Position numbers and translations under genes: made by a program. Source: Candidatus Sericytochromatia bacterium (GTDB lineage: Bacteria > Cyanobacteriota > Sericytochromatia > S15B-MN24 > UBA4093). Taken from it: a DNA stretch of 64,000 bases. This document shows, piece after piece, positions 38,049-46,544 of the stretch (the first letter of the stretch is position 1; every line of letters starts with the position of its first letter). The notes below the pieces were generated by a model. It did no database searches and was not told where the DNA came from. It saw only the letters and a program-made list of their open reading frames with translations. The stretch spans positions 128,001 through 192,000 of the forward strand of contig JAKFBU010000039.1 of the NCBI GenBank assembly GCA_036676985.1. The letters are read 5' to 3'.

Positions 38049-39605
38049 CTACTTGGCCTGGGTCTCGGGGTTCTCGGCGAACCACACGTCCTCGGTCATG
38101 AAGCGCTTCCCGTTCTGCACGAAGTAGGACTGGATCACGTACTCGCCATGCTGGTTCTTGCGGATGGTCGGCTTGGAGCCGATCTCCGTGACGCCCAGCG
38201 ACGCCAAGGTGTGCAGCTCCTTGGGCTGGACCGTCGCGTCGCGGTTGCTGTCGACCCAGACCTTGAGCGTGTCGAGGGTCTTGCCCTTGAGCGACGCGTT
38301 CTTGTGGTAGAGCTTCGACCACGTCACGTCGTCGTTCATCTTCAGGACCGACGCCAGGTTGATCTGGGTGGCCTTGTAGGCGAGCTTGTGGTAGCCGTTG
38401 GCGTAACCGATGGCGTCACCGAAGAGCGCGTGGGCGTTGATCATGCCGTCGCCCCCCGCGGCCTTGGAGACCCGGCCGTTGGTGTCGTCCACCAGGAAGC
38501 CGTCGCCGTCGGCGTTGAGCCACTCGATGTTGCGCTTCTTGCCCTCGGCCGTGATGTCGAACCACACGGCGCCGTTGGCGACGAACTTGTTCTCCTTGAG
38601 GCGCTTCTGGGCGGTCGAGGAGCCGGTCACGCCGATCTTGCCGTCGTGGTTGAGGTCCAGGGCAATGGGCGAGTGGGTGGTCCAGCTCGAGGCGACGAGC
38701 CAGCGGGCCAGGTCACGCAGGCGAGCGGCCGACGGCTGGGACTCGACGACGTGCACCGGACCGTTGGTGGTGTCGACCCAGGTGTCGATCTTGAGGCCCG
38801 AGGGGTTGACGCCCTTGTCGATGAGCTCCGCCATCTGGATGAAGCGGCCGGCCTGGGCGTAGGAGTCGATGTTGCCCATGCCCGTCAACTTCTTGAAGGC
38901 GGCGGGGTCGTTGAGCAGCACGCTCTGGATGCCGCTGTTCTTGTAGCGGTCATAGGCGGCCTGATCGAACTGCGCCGGGTTGGTGTAGGTGACGCCGTGC
39001 GCATAGGAAATCGAGTGGGCGCCGTCCGACATGGTGTAGGTGTACTCGCCGCCGCCGTTAAAGGCAAAGGCCTTGCGGATGTAGGCATCGAGGCTGCTGG
39101 CCCCGAGGACGTCCACCAGGGCGCTCGAGTCCTTGGCGTTGGCCAACGAGGCCATCAGGGAGACGTCGGACGCCGCGACGTTGCTCGGCGCCTTCAGCTT
39201 GCCCGAGGCGATGTCCGCCCGGATCTGCTTGAGGGCGGCGTCGAAGTTGAAGTCGTGGTAGGCCCCGCCGTCGTAGTTGTTGTTGGTCGAGGTGGGGATG
39301 CCGTACTTGGTGTAGACCTGCTGCATCTCGGCCGTGGTCATGGCCCGGTTGAGACCCACCAGCTCCGCGAAGGCCTCCTGGATGGTCGCGTCGTAGCGGC
39401 CGATGGGGCTCGCGATGTGGTTGGCGTTCTTCACGTAGCGGTTGCGCTTGAACTCGACCCAGAACCCGGGCACGCCGTTGCTGGTGCCGGGGGTGTAGAC
39501 CTTGTTGGTCTCGACGACGAGTTCTTCGGCCAGGGCGGGCGAGAGCGTACCAGCGAGGGTGGCGAGTACCAGCGAGAGTGCCAGCGAGTACCGTTTCTTT
39601 AGCAT
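38049..39605 (-). CDS. Secreted 'family A' protein with SPM-like domain (A1)
   Basis: MLKKRYSL signal, GAGGAG RBS; C-terminal ~250 aa nearly identical to A3. Confidence 0.8.
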   Translation of the reverse strand: MLKKRYSLALSLVLATLAGTLSPALAEELVVETNKVYTPGTSNGVPGFWVEFKRNRYVKNANHIASPIGRYDATIQEAFAELVGLNRAMTTAEMQQVYTKYGIPTSTNNNYDGGAYHDFNFDAALKQIRADIASGKLKAPSNVAASDVSLMASLANAKDSSALVDVLGASSLDAYIRKAFAFNGGGEYTYTMSDGAHSISYAHGVTYTNPAQFDQAAYDRYKNSGIQSVLLNDPAAFKKLTGMGNIDSYAQAGRFIQMAELIDKGVNPSGLKIDTWVDTTNGPVHVVESQPSAARLRDLARWLVASSWTTHSPIALDLNHDGKIGVTGSSTAQKRLKENKFVANGAVWFDITAEGKKRNIEWLNADGDGFLVDDTNGRVSKAAGGDGMINAHALFGDAIGYANGYHKLAYKATQINLASVLKMNDDVTWSKLYHKNASLKGKTLDTLKVWVDSNRDATVQPKELHTLASLGVTEIGSKPTIRKNQHGEYVIQSYFVQNGKRFMTEDVWFAENPETQAK

Positions 39606-39654
39606 AACTGCTCCTCTCATAAAGCTGACTACCGGTAGTTAGTCGTTATGGGAG

Positions 39655-39711
39655 TTATACGCCGTGATCCGCCTCACCTTCGTTAACTGGATGAAAGGCA
39701 TGTTATTTTTT
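39655..39711 (-). promoter_or_regulatory. Conserved promoter block, copy 2 (upstream of A1-A2-B1)
   Basis: 52/57 identical to 34779-34835. Confidence 0.65.
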
Positions 39712-39822
39712 CGTTAGTCGCCCGGTATTTTTTCGTTCGAAACGGCCAATGACTCGCGGGCATCGTCTTGACGAGCGGCTTTCGGCGCCGCACCATGGAG
39801 GGCGATCGCGCAAGGAGACGTC

Positions 39823-40284
39823 ATGACGAGCTGGACCCGCCCCGATGGGCGCCCGACCCCGGAAGCCACCTACATGCAACTGGCCTTCATGTGGGCCAAA
39901 CACTCGACCTGCGTACGCATGCAGGTGGGCAGCGTCATCACGACCTCCGATCTCCGCCGCACCGTGGGGCACGGGTACAACGGGGGGGGCGTGGGCATGG
40001 GCGACAACGCCTGCGCCCATGAGGGCAAGGTCGCCGGCCAGTGCGAGCACCTGCATGCCGAGGAGAACGCCCTGCTCTTCTGCAACTACGAGGGCCCCAA
40101 GGTCCTGTTCGTGACCATCGAGCCATGCCTCCTGTGCGCCAAGCGCATCGTCAACAAGGGCAACATCCAGAAGGTCTACTTCGGCAAGGCCTCATACCGG
40201 GACAAGCGGGGACTCGAGTACCTCCAGCGGGCCGGCATCGAGACCATCCACTTCGAGCCGCCCGCCGACCACCCCCTCCCCTAG
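39823..40284 (+). CDS. dCMP deaminase / ComEB-like zinc deaminase
   Basis: STC..MQVG, GYNG, HAEENA, PCLLC. Confidence 0.88.
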   Translation: MTSWTRPDGRPTPEATYMQLAFMWAKHSTCVRMQVGSVITTSDLRRTVGHGYNGGGVGMGDNACAHEGKVAGQCEHLHAEENALLFCNYEGPKVLFVTIEPCLLCAKRIVNKGNIQKVYFGKASYRDKRGLEYLQRAGIETIHFEPPADHPLP

Positions 40285-40405
40285 GCGCCCTTCGCCCCTC
40301 CGAATGCCCGCTCGTCGCTTGATGGTGGCGTTATGATCCTGCCAGGCCACCCACCATGGGGCGGTCGGATCTCGGCCCGGACGTGCGGGCGGTTAGGAGG
40401 TCCCC

Positions 40406-41041
40406 ATGAAGGTTGCAGCGACGGTTCTGGCGATTGGGGCGCTGGTGGGCACAACGGCCCTGCCGGCGCTTGCGCACGACCACACCGACGGCATGGGCGG
40501 CGGCGGCGGGCCCGGCATGGGCATGATGGGCGGCCACAAGCACAAGGGCTTTGCCCTGCGCGCCTTCAACAACATGGCGAACGGCAGCACCTACACCATG
40601 ATGGGCATGGAGGCCGTACGCATGAGCCCCATGGGCTGGTACGGCGGCATGGCCTGGTACAAGGGCATCAACCTCGGCGTGACGGCCGGCGCGGACATGG
40701 CGAGCCACGGCGGGCTCCTCATGGGCAAGGAGTTCGGCGAGGGGCCGCTCACCTTCGATGTCGGCGTCATGCTCGGCATGGGCTACGACCTCGTGGCGAG
40801 CCCCACGCTGACCTTCTCGGGCTTCGACCTCTACTTCGTGGGCGAGCCGCGGATCGGCATCGGCTGGGTCATGAGCCCGCACTCCGAGCTCAAACTCTCG
40901 GCGGGCTACCTCGCCAGCAGTAACATGGGGGCGGCGGCGGGCCCCACCGTCACCCTGACCTTCTCCGCCATCCGGCTCGGCATGAGGCATGGCATGCGCC
41001 ATGGCCCGGGCATGGGCGAGTGTCCCGACTGCCGTCAGTAG
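40406..41041 (+). CDS. Exported Met/His/Gly-rich protein, possible small beta-barrel
   Basis: AGGAG RBS; PALA signal; HDH..GMGMMGGHKH N-terminus; C-terminal MRHGMRH..CPDC. Confidence 0.65.
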   Translation: MKVAATVLAIGALVGTTALPALAHDHTDGMGGGGGPGMGMMGGHKHKGFALRAFNNMANGSTYTMMGMEAVRMSPMGWYGGMAWYKGINLGVTAGADMASHGGLLMGKEFGEGPLTFDVGVMLGMGYDLVASPTLTFSGFDLYFVGEPRIGIGWVMSPHSELKLSAGYLASSNMGAAAGPTVTLTFSAIRLGMRHGMRHGPGMGECPDCRQ

Positions 41042-41076
41042 GGCCGAGGGCTCACCCGGCTCGCGGGCCGGGTGCT

Positions 41077-42009
41077 CTACGGCTTCGAGAAGGTGTCGAT
41101 GATCCGGATGATGGCCGGCCCCAGCGTGACGATGAACATGGCCGGGAAGATGAAGAACACCAGGGGGAAGAGCATCTTGATGGGGGCTTGCATCGCGGCC
41201 TCCTGAGCCCTCTGCCGACGCTTGTTGCGCAGGTGGAGGCTCTGGGTGCGCAGCACCTGCGCGACCCCGACGCCCAGCTGGTCCGCCTGGATGAGGGCCG
41301 CCGAGACGCCCTCCAGGTCCGGCACGCCGCAGCGCCGCGAGAGGTCGTTGAGAGCCTCGGGGCGAGTGCGGCCCATGCGCACGTCGCTCATGTACCGGCC
41401 GAGCTCCTCGCGCAGCTCCGCGCCGTGCTGCGAGGCGCGGGCCACGATCCGGAGCACTGATCCGTCGAAGCTGAGCCCCGCCTCGACGCTCGAGGTGACG
41501 AGATCCAGGGTGTCGGGCAGCGCCCGCACCAGAGCGTCCTTGCGCTGGCGGATCCTGCCGGCGATCCACTGCTCGGGGCCCATGATGCCGATCATGGCCG
41601 TCACCGCACCCCCGATCATGCCGGCCCCCGGGTTCAGGCGCCCCACGCCCCAGAAGACGATGGCCGCCACTGCAAGCATGAGGGCCTTGAAGGCCAGGAG
41701 GGTCTGCACGCCGTAGGGGCTGTAGATGCCTGCCTGCTGTAGGCGCTCGATCATGCGCGCCTTCTGGCTGCCCGGCGTCAGGCGCCCCCCCAGGGCGGCC
41801 AGGGCAGTGATGCCCGGCAGCACGGCCCGCTGGATGAAGGGCTGCTCCAGGAGCTTGGCCCGCGAAGGGGCCACGGTGCCGTCGTCGGCGATCGCCTCCA
41901 GCCGCCGGTGCGTGGCGCGCTCGGCGGGGCTCGCGAGCGACAGGCCGACCAGCGCGGCGGCGGTGACGGCCGCGAAGGAGGCGACAGCAGTCCAGGTGGG
42001 GTCGAGCAT
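41077..42009 (-). CDS. tadC: Tad pilus assembly protein TadC
   Basis: LPDTLDL..VEAGLSFD, QADQLG, APIKMLFPLVFFIFPAMFIV. Confidence 0.9.
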   Translation of the reverse strand: MLDPTWTAVASFAAVTAAALVGLSLASPAERATHRRLEAIADDGTVAPSRAKLLEQPFIQRAVLPGITALAALGGRLTPGSQKARMIERLQQAGIYSPYGVQTLLAFKALMLAVAAIVFWGVGRLNPGAGMIGGAVTAMIGIMGPEQWIAGRIRQRKDALVRALPDTLDLVTSSVEAGLSFDGSVLRIVARASQHGAELREELGRYMSDVRMGRTRPEALNDLSRRCGVPDLEGVSAALIQADQLGVGVAQVLRTQSLHLRNKRRQRAQEAAMQAPIKMLFPLVFFIFPAMFIVTLGPAIIRIIDTFSKP

Positions 42010-42017
42010 GGGGCCTC

Positions 42018-42956
42018 CTAGTACTTGATGTTCACGAGCTTGCGGATGAAGAAGATGCCCAGGAGCTGGGCGCACACGCCCGCGCCGATGAGCATGTGGC
42101 CGCGCGGATCGGTGAAGAGCCCCGAGATGTAGCCCGGGCTGATGATGAAGAACAAGACGCCGATGCCTCCGGGCAGGGCCGAGAGCACGATGCCCGACAG
42201 CCGGCCCTGGGCCGTGAGGGCCTGGACCTCGCCCGCCACCCGGACGCGATCGCGGATGGTGTCGTGGATGTTCATGAGGATCTCGCTCAGGTTGCCGCCC
42301 GTCTCGCGCTGGATGATCATGGCGGCCACCACCAGCTCGATGTCGAGGGTGCCGATCCGGTCCGAGAGGTTGGAGAGCGCGGTCTCCACGGGCAGGCCCC
42401 AGTTGATCTCGCCCACGGTGGTGGCGAACTCCTGGGCGATCGCCCCCGACATCTGCTTTGAGACGATCTGCAGCGCCTGCAGAAACGAGTTGCCGGCCCG
42501 CAGGCCGTTGATGACGAGCATCAGGGCGTCGGGCAGCTGCTCGGTCAATTGCTTGAGGACCTTCGCCCGTCGCTGCTTGAGCTGCAGGAAGGGCACCGCG
42601 CCGCCCACGGCGAAGGTCGCGAGGCCAATCAGCGGGTTGGCGAACAGGAGGCCGCCGATGGCGCCTGCTGCGAGCGCAAGCAACCCGGCCGCCGTGAGGA
42701 ACTCCCCGGGCGTCCAGGCCCAGCCCACCTGGTAGAGCTGCCGATCCAGGCTGCGCGTGATGGACAATTCCTTGATCAGGGGCTCGATGACCTTCGAGAG
42801 GATGCGCAGGATCCCCTTGCCGGGCGCCGACACCACGGCCTTGCCCTCCAGGTCCGCGATCCTTCCGCCGACGGCCGCATTCTCGGGCGCGAGCGCACCC
42901 GAGAAGACGAAGGCCGCCGCCGTGATCCCCGTGAAGATGGCGATGAAGAGCAGCAT
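42018..42956 (-). CDS. tadB: Tad pilus assembly protein TadB
   Basis: QLPDAL..GLRAGNS, IQRETGGNLSEIL, ALTAQGRLS. Confidence 0.92.
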   Translation of the reverse strand: MLLFIAIFTGITAAAFVFSGALAPENAAVGGRIADLEGKAVVSAPGKGILRILSKVIEPLIKELSITRSLDRQLYQVGWAWTPGEFLTAAGLLALAAGAIGGLLFANPLIGLATFAVGGAVPFLQLKQRRAKVLKQLTEQLPDALMLVINGLRAGNSFLQALQIVSKQMSGAIAQEFATTVGEINWGLPVETALSNLSDRIGTLDIELVVAAMIIQRETGGNLSEILMNIHDTIRDRVRVAGEVQALTAQGRLSGIVLSALPGGIGVLFFIISPGYISGLFTDPRGHMLIGAGVCAQLLGIFFIRKLVNIKY

Positions 42957-42957
42957 G

Positions 42958-44358
42958 CTAGAACCCCGCAGCCTGGAACAGCTCGACCGGAAGCGCGATG
43001 CCCTTGGTCTTGAGGGCCTCGGCGCACTTGGGGCGGATGCCCGTGGGCCGGTGCGCGCCGATGATCTTGCCGTTCTCGTCCACGCCCTCACGGACGAAGC
43101 GATAGATCTCCTGCATCTGGAGGATATCGCCCTCCATGCCCACCACCTCCGAGATGCCCGTCACCCGGCGGCTGCCGTCGCTCGCGCGCTCGATCTGGAC
43201 GATGAGGTCCAGCGCCGAGGCGGTCTGCTCGCGGATGGCCCGCAAGGGCAGGTCCATCCCCGCCATGAGCACCATGGTCTCGAGCCGGGACAGGGCGTCG
43301 CGGGCCGTGTTGGCGTGGATGGTGGCGAGGCTGCCCTCGTGGCCGGTGTTCATGGCCTGCAGCATCGCCAGCGCCTCGCCGCCGCGCACCTCGCCCAGGA
43401 TGATCCGGTCGGGGCGCATGCGCAGGCTGTTCTTCAGGAGCTCGGACTGGTCCACCCGGCCCGCGCCCTCCACGTTCGCCGGGCGCGTCTCCAGGCGGAT
43501 GACGTGGTCCTGCTGGAGCTGCAGCTCGGCCGCGTCCTCGATGGTGATGAGGCGCTCGCGATCCGGGATGAAGCTCGACAGCACGTTGAGCAAGGTGGTC
43601 TTGCCGGAGCCCGTGCCGCCCGAGATGAGGATGTTGAGACGTGCCTCGACGCAGCCCTTCAGGAAGCCCGCCATGGCCTCGCTCATGGAGCCGATGCCGA
43701 TGAGGCTCTCGACCTTGAGGGGATCCTTGCGGAACTTACGGATCGTGAGGCAGGGCCCGTCGATGGCGAGCGGCGGGATGATGGCGTTGACGCGGCTGCC
43801 GTCCGGCAGGCGCGCGTCGCACATGGGCGAGCTCTCGTCGATCCGGCGGCCGATCTTGGAGACGATGCGGTCGATCACCCGCAAGAGGTGGGCGTCGTCC
43901 GAGAAGGCCACGTCCACCTTGGTGATCCTGCCCGCGCGCTCCACGAAGACCTTGCGGGTCGAGTTGACCATGATCTCGGAGATGGCGTCGTCTGCGAGCA
44001 AGGGCTCCAGGGGCCCGAGGCCCAGCATATCGTTGTAGATCTCCTCGACCATGCGATCGCGCTCCGCGCGCGCCATGAGCCGGAAGGCCGCATGGGCGTC
44101 GGGAGCGGCGAGCACCGTGTCGAGGCCCTCGCGGATGGCGTCCTTGATCTGGTCGGGGCTCGCCGTCTCGTCAAGGGACTGCGTGCGCATGTTCTCGACC
44201 ATGAGGCGGTGGACTCGGCCCTTGAGCTCGGCGGACGGATCCACCGGCCGCACCGTGAGCTCCACGGTCTTCGCGGGTGCGCTCGGCTTGGGCTGGGCGG
44301 GTGCGGGTGCCGGCTCGGGTGCCGCCTGGCCGCCGTTAAGTCGGTTGCGTAGGAACAT
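42958..44358 (-). CDS. cpaF: Tad pilus ATPase CpaF/TadA
   Basis: GLGPLEPLL, SGGTGSGKTT, LRMRPDRIILGEVRG, MNTGHEG. Confidence 0.95.
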   Translation of the reverse strand: MFLRNRLNGGQAAPEPAPAPAQPKPSAPAKTVELTVRPVDPSAELKGRVHRLMVENMRTQSLDETASPDQIKDAIREGLDTVLAAPDAHAAFRLMARAERDRMVEEIYNDMLGLGPLEPLLADDAISEIMVNSTRKVFVERAGRITKVDVAFSDDAHLLRVIDRIVSKIGRRIDESSPMCDARLPDGSRVNAIIPPLAIDGPCLTIRKFRKDPLKVESLIGIGSMSEAMAGFLKGCVEARLNILISGGTGSGKTTLLNVLSSFIPDRERLITIEDAAELQLQQDHVIRLETRPANVEGAGRVDQSELLKNSLRMRPDRIILGEVRGGEALAMLQAMNTGHEGSLATIHANTARDALSRLETMVLMAGMDLPLRAIREQTASALDLIVQIERASDGSRRVTGISEVVGMEGDILQMQEIYRFVREGVDENGKIIGAHRPTGIRPKCAEALKTKGIALPVELFQAAGF

Positions 44359-45556
44359 CGATCATCCTCCGAAGACGGGTCCAGAGCTCATTCAGGCGCT
44401 TGGTGGGAGAGGTCGTCTTGACCAGGGCCGTCTGGGACCTCTCCACGTAGCGCTGGGCGAAGGCCTTCATGCTCTTGGCGAACGGGGCGTTGGGGGCCAG
44501 GAGCACCATGGGGCTGCCGGCGTTGACGGCCGCGAGCGACTCCTCGGGCACATACGGGAGCTGGACCGCGAGGCTGCGGTGGAGCACGCGGGCCATCGCC
44601 TCGCCGTCCACCTCGCTCTTCTGGGCCCAGCCCACGAGCTCGACCTTGGTGATGTCGATGCCCAGGTCCAGCCACAGCTTGAGGCTCTGCTGGACATGGC
44701 GCAGGCTCGCGAGATCCGGGAAGAGGGGCACGAGGATCTTGTCGGCAAGCTCCATGGCCTGCAGGATGGGCTCGGAGAGCACCGGGGCGGTGTCCACCAC
44801 GGTGTAGGCATGCCGGCCCTTGAGATCCTTGAGCACCGCTCCTGTCACCGCGCGGTCGATGAGCTCCCCGTCCTCGGGCGAAGGGGTGGAGGCGAGCACC
44901 TTGAGCCCGGTCGCATGCGTGCAGCAGGCCTGATCGATGGCCTCGGGATCCGGCTTGCCGCCGAGTTTCGCGATGTCCGAGAGGTAGGCCTGCGGCTTGA
45001 CGTTCAGGAGCAGGTCCACCTCGCCGAACTGCGGAGCCAGGTCGATGAGGGCGGCGGTGCCCTCCTTGGCGAGCGTCACCGCGAGGTTGACGGCAAGGGT
45101 CGACTTGCCGGCGCCGCCCTTGGGCGAGTGCACGACGAACACCTTGCCACTCTTGGCCCGTGCGGGCTCGCTCGTGGAGCGAGCGCCCTTGAGTCGAGTC
45201 ACGAAGACGCGCGCCCGCTCGACCGCCCCGGGCAGATCCTGGGGAGAGGCGAGCACCTCGCGGATGCCGGCCTGCATGGCCTTGCCGAGCGCCTCGGCTT
45301 CGAGGTTCGCGCCGACCAGCAGGACGATCGACATGGGGTTCGCGGCCTGGATGCCGTCCACCGTGCGGATGACGATCTCCAGGTCGCCCATGTGGGCGAG
45401 CACCACGAGCTCGGGGCGCAACGAGACGGCCATGCCGACCCCGTCCGAGGGGCTCGGCGCTTCGCCGACGATAGAGGCGGGCACGCCCTGCCCCAGCGTA
45501 GCCTTGAGGGCTTCACGCTGGGGATCCGTGCCGATGAGTAGGGTTCGCAGGGCCAT
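44336..45556 (-). CDS. cpaE: CpaE/TadZ receiver + ATPase
   Basis: AMQAGIREVL, SPKGGAGKSTLAVNLA, QFGEVDLLL. Confidence 0.87.
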   Translation of the reverse strand: MALRTLLIGTDPQREALKATLGQGVPASIVGEAPSPSDGVGMAVSLRPELVVLAHMGDLEIVIRTVDGIQAANPMSIVLLVGANLEAEALGKAMQAGIREVLASPQDLPGAVERARVFVTRLKGARSTSEPARAKSGKVFVVHSPKGGAGKSTLAVNLAVTLAKEGTAALIDLAPQFGEVDLLLNVKPQAYLSDIAKLGGKPDPEAIDQACCTHATGLKVLASTPSPEDGELIDRAVTGAVLKDLKGRHAYTVVDTAPVLSEPILQAMELADKILVPLFPDLASLRHVQQSLKLWLDLGIDITKVELVGWAQKSEVDGEAMARVLHRSLAVQLPYVPEESLAAVNAGSPMVLLAPNAPFAKSMKAFAQRYVERSQTALVKTTSPTKRLNELWTRLRRMIDVPTQPT

Positions 45557-45568
45557 GGGGTCTCCAGC

Positions 45569-46534
45569 CTACCGCAGGCTCGCGGGATCGACGGGGGGCG
45601 GAACGGGGTCCTGTTCGTCGGACAGGCGGACGGCGTACTGGAGGGCCGTGCCCTTCACTTCCGTGTCCTTCACCTTGTCGATGAAACGGCCGTAGACCTC
45701 GGACCGGCTCGTCGTGTAGGTGACGTAGAAGCGGGCGAAGCCCGTGATGGTGACGTTGGCGCGACCATTGACGTTGAAGAAGCTGTCGCCCAAGAGCGGC
45801 ACGAGCATCACGCGCGGGGTGCGCGCGCCCTTGGCGGCGTCCTGGTAGCTCGTGTGGTCGTTGCCCAGGAGCTGGTTGACGGCCGTCACGGTCGGGCCTT
45901 GCATGTTGCCGGGCTCGGTGGGCAGCATGTCACCCACGCGCACGGTGCGCTTGGCGCCGTTCAGGATGGAGGTGCGGTAGATGGTGGCGCCGGTGCCGTC
46001 GATGCCGAGGGCCTGGAAGTTGCCGTGGATCGAGCCGCCCGGACCTTGCTTGAGGATGTACTCGGCGCCCGGCTTGAAGTCCTCTTCGGGGACGCCGAAG
46101 GGACGCACGCCGTACGTGAGATCGACGCAGTGCAGGTCGGCCTGGGCCTTGGCGCCCACGTTCAGGGACTGGGCCTTGTCGGCATCGCCCGAGCCCTGGA
46201 CCGTCTCCAGCACGCGCGCCACCAGGGACTGGTTGGGCACGTCCATGGCGACCTTCATGCGGCTGCCCTGCAGGATGGTGATGTTCTTGTCCGTGAGCTC
46301 GTAGCCGTTCTTGGCGGCCATTTCCTTGGCCTGGGCGACGGCGTAGGTCTGCCCGTTGAGCAGGCCCTTGGCTCCGGCGAGGGCCGCGGCGTCAGCCGCG
46401 ACCTGCATACGGGTCCGGTGGTACATCAGTCCGCCCGTGTCCGCGACCAGGCCCGCGAACACCACCAGTCCGGTGGCGAAGAGGGCCGTGGTCACGAGCG
46501 TGGCGCCGCGTTCGAGATCTCTCCGTTTGGCCAT
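45569..46534 (-). CDS. TadG-like pilus protein
   Basis: ERGATLV, GLVADTG..R.RMQVAADAAALAGA Tad N-terminal motif. Confidence 0.8.
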   Translation of the reverse strand: MAKRRDLERGATLVTTALFATGLVVFAGLVADTGGLMYHRTRMQVAADAAALAGAKGLLNGQTYAVAQAKEMAAKNGYELTDKNITILQGSRMKVAMDVPNQSLVARVLETVQGSGDADKAQSLNVGAKAQADLHCVDLTYGVRPFGVPEEDFKPGAEYILKQGPGGSIHGNFQALGIDGTGATIYRTSILNGAKRTVRVGDMLPTEPGNMQGPTVTAVNQLLGNDHTSYQDAAKGARTPRVMLVPLLGDSFFNVNGRANVTITGFARFYVTYTTSRSEVYGRFIDKVKDTEVKGTALQYAVRLSDEQDPVPPPVDPASLR

Positions 46535-46544
46535 GGGCCACCTC

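Noticed and set aside
33148-38830. Diversity-generating retroelement TR/VR pair in A1/A3
   Set aside because: Both copies are coding, differences look mostly synonymous and not adenine-specific, and no reverse transcriptase is in the window
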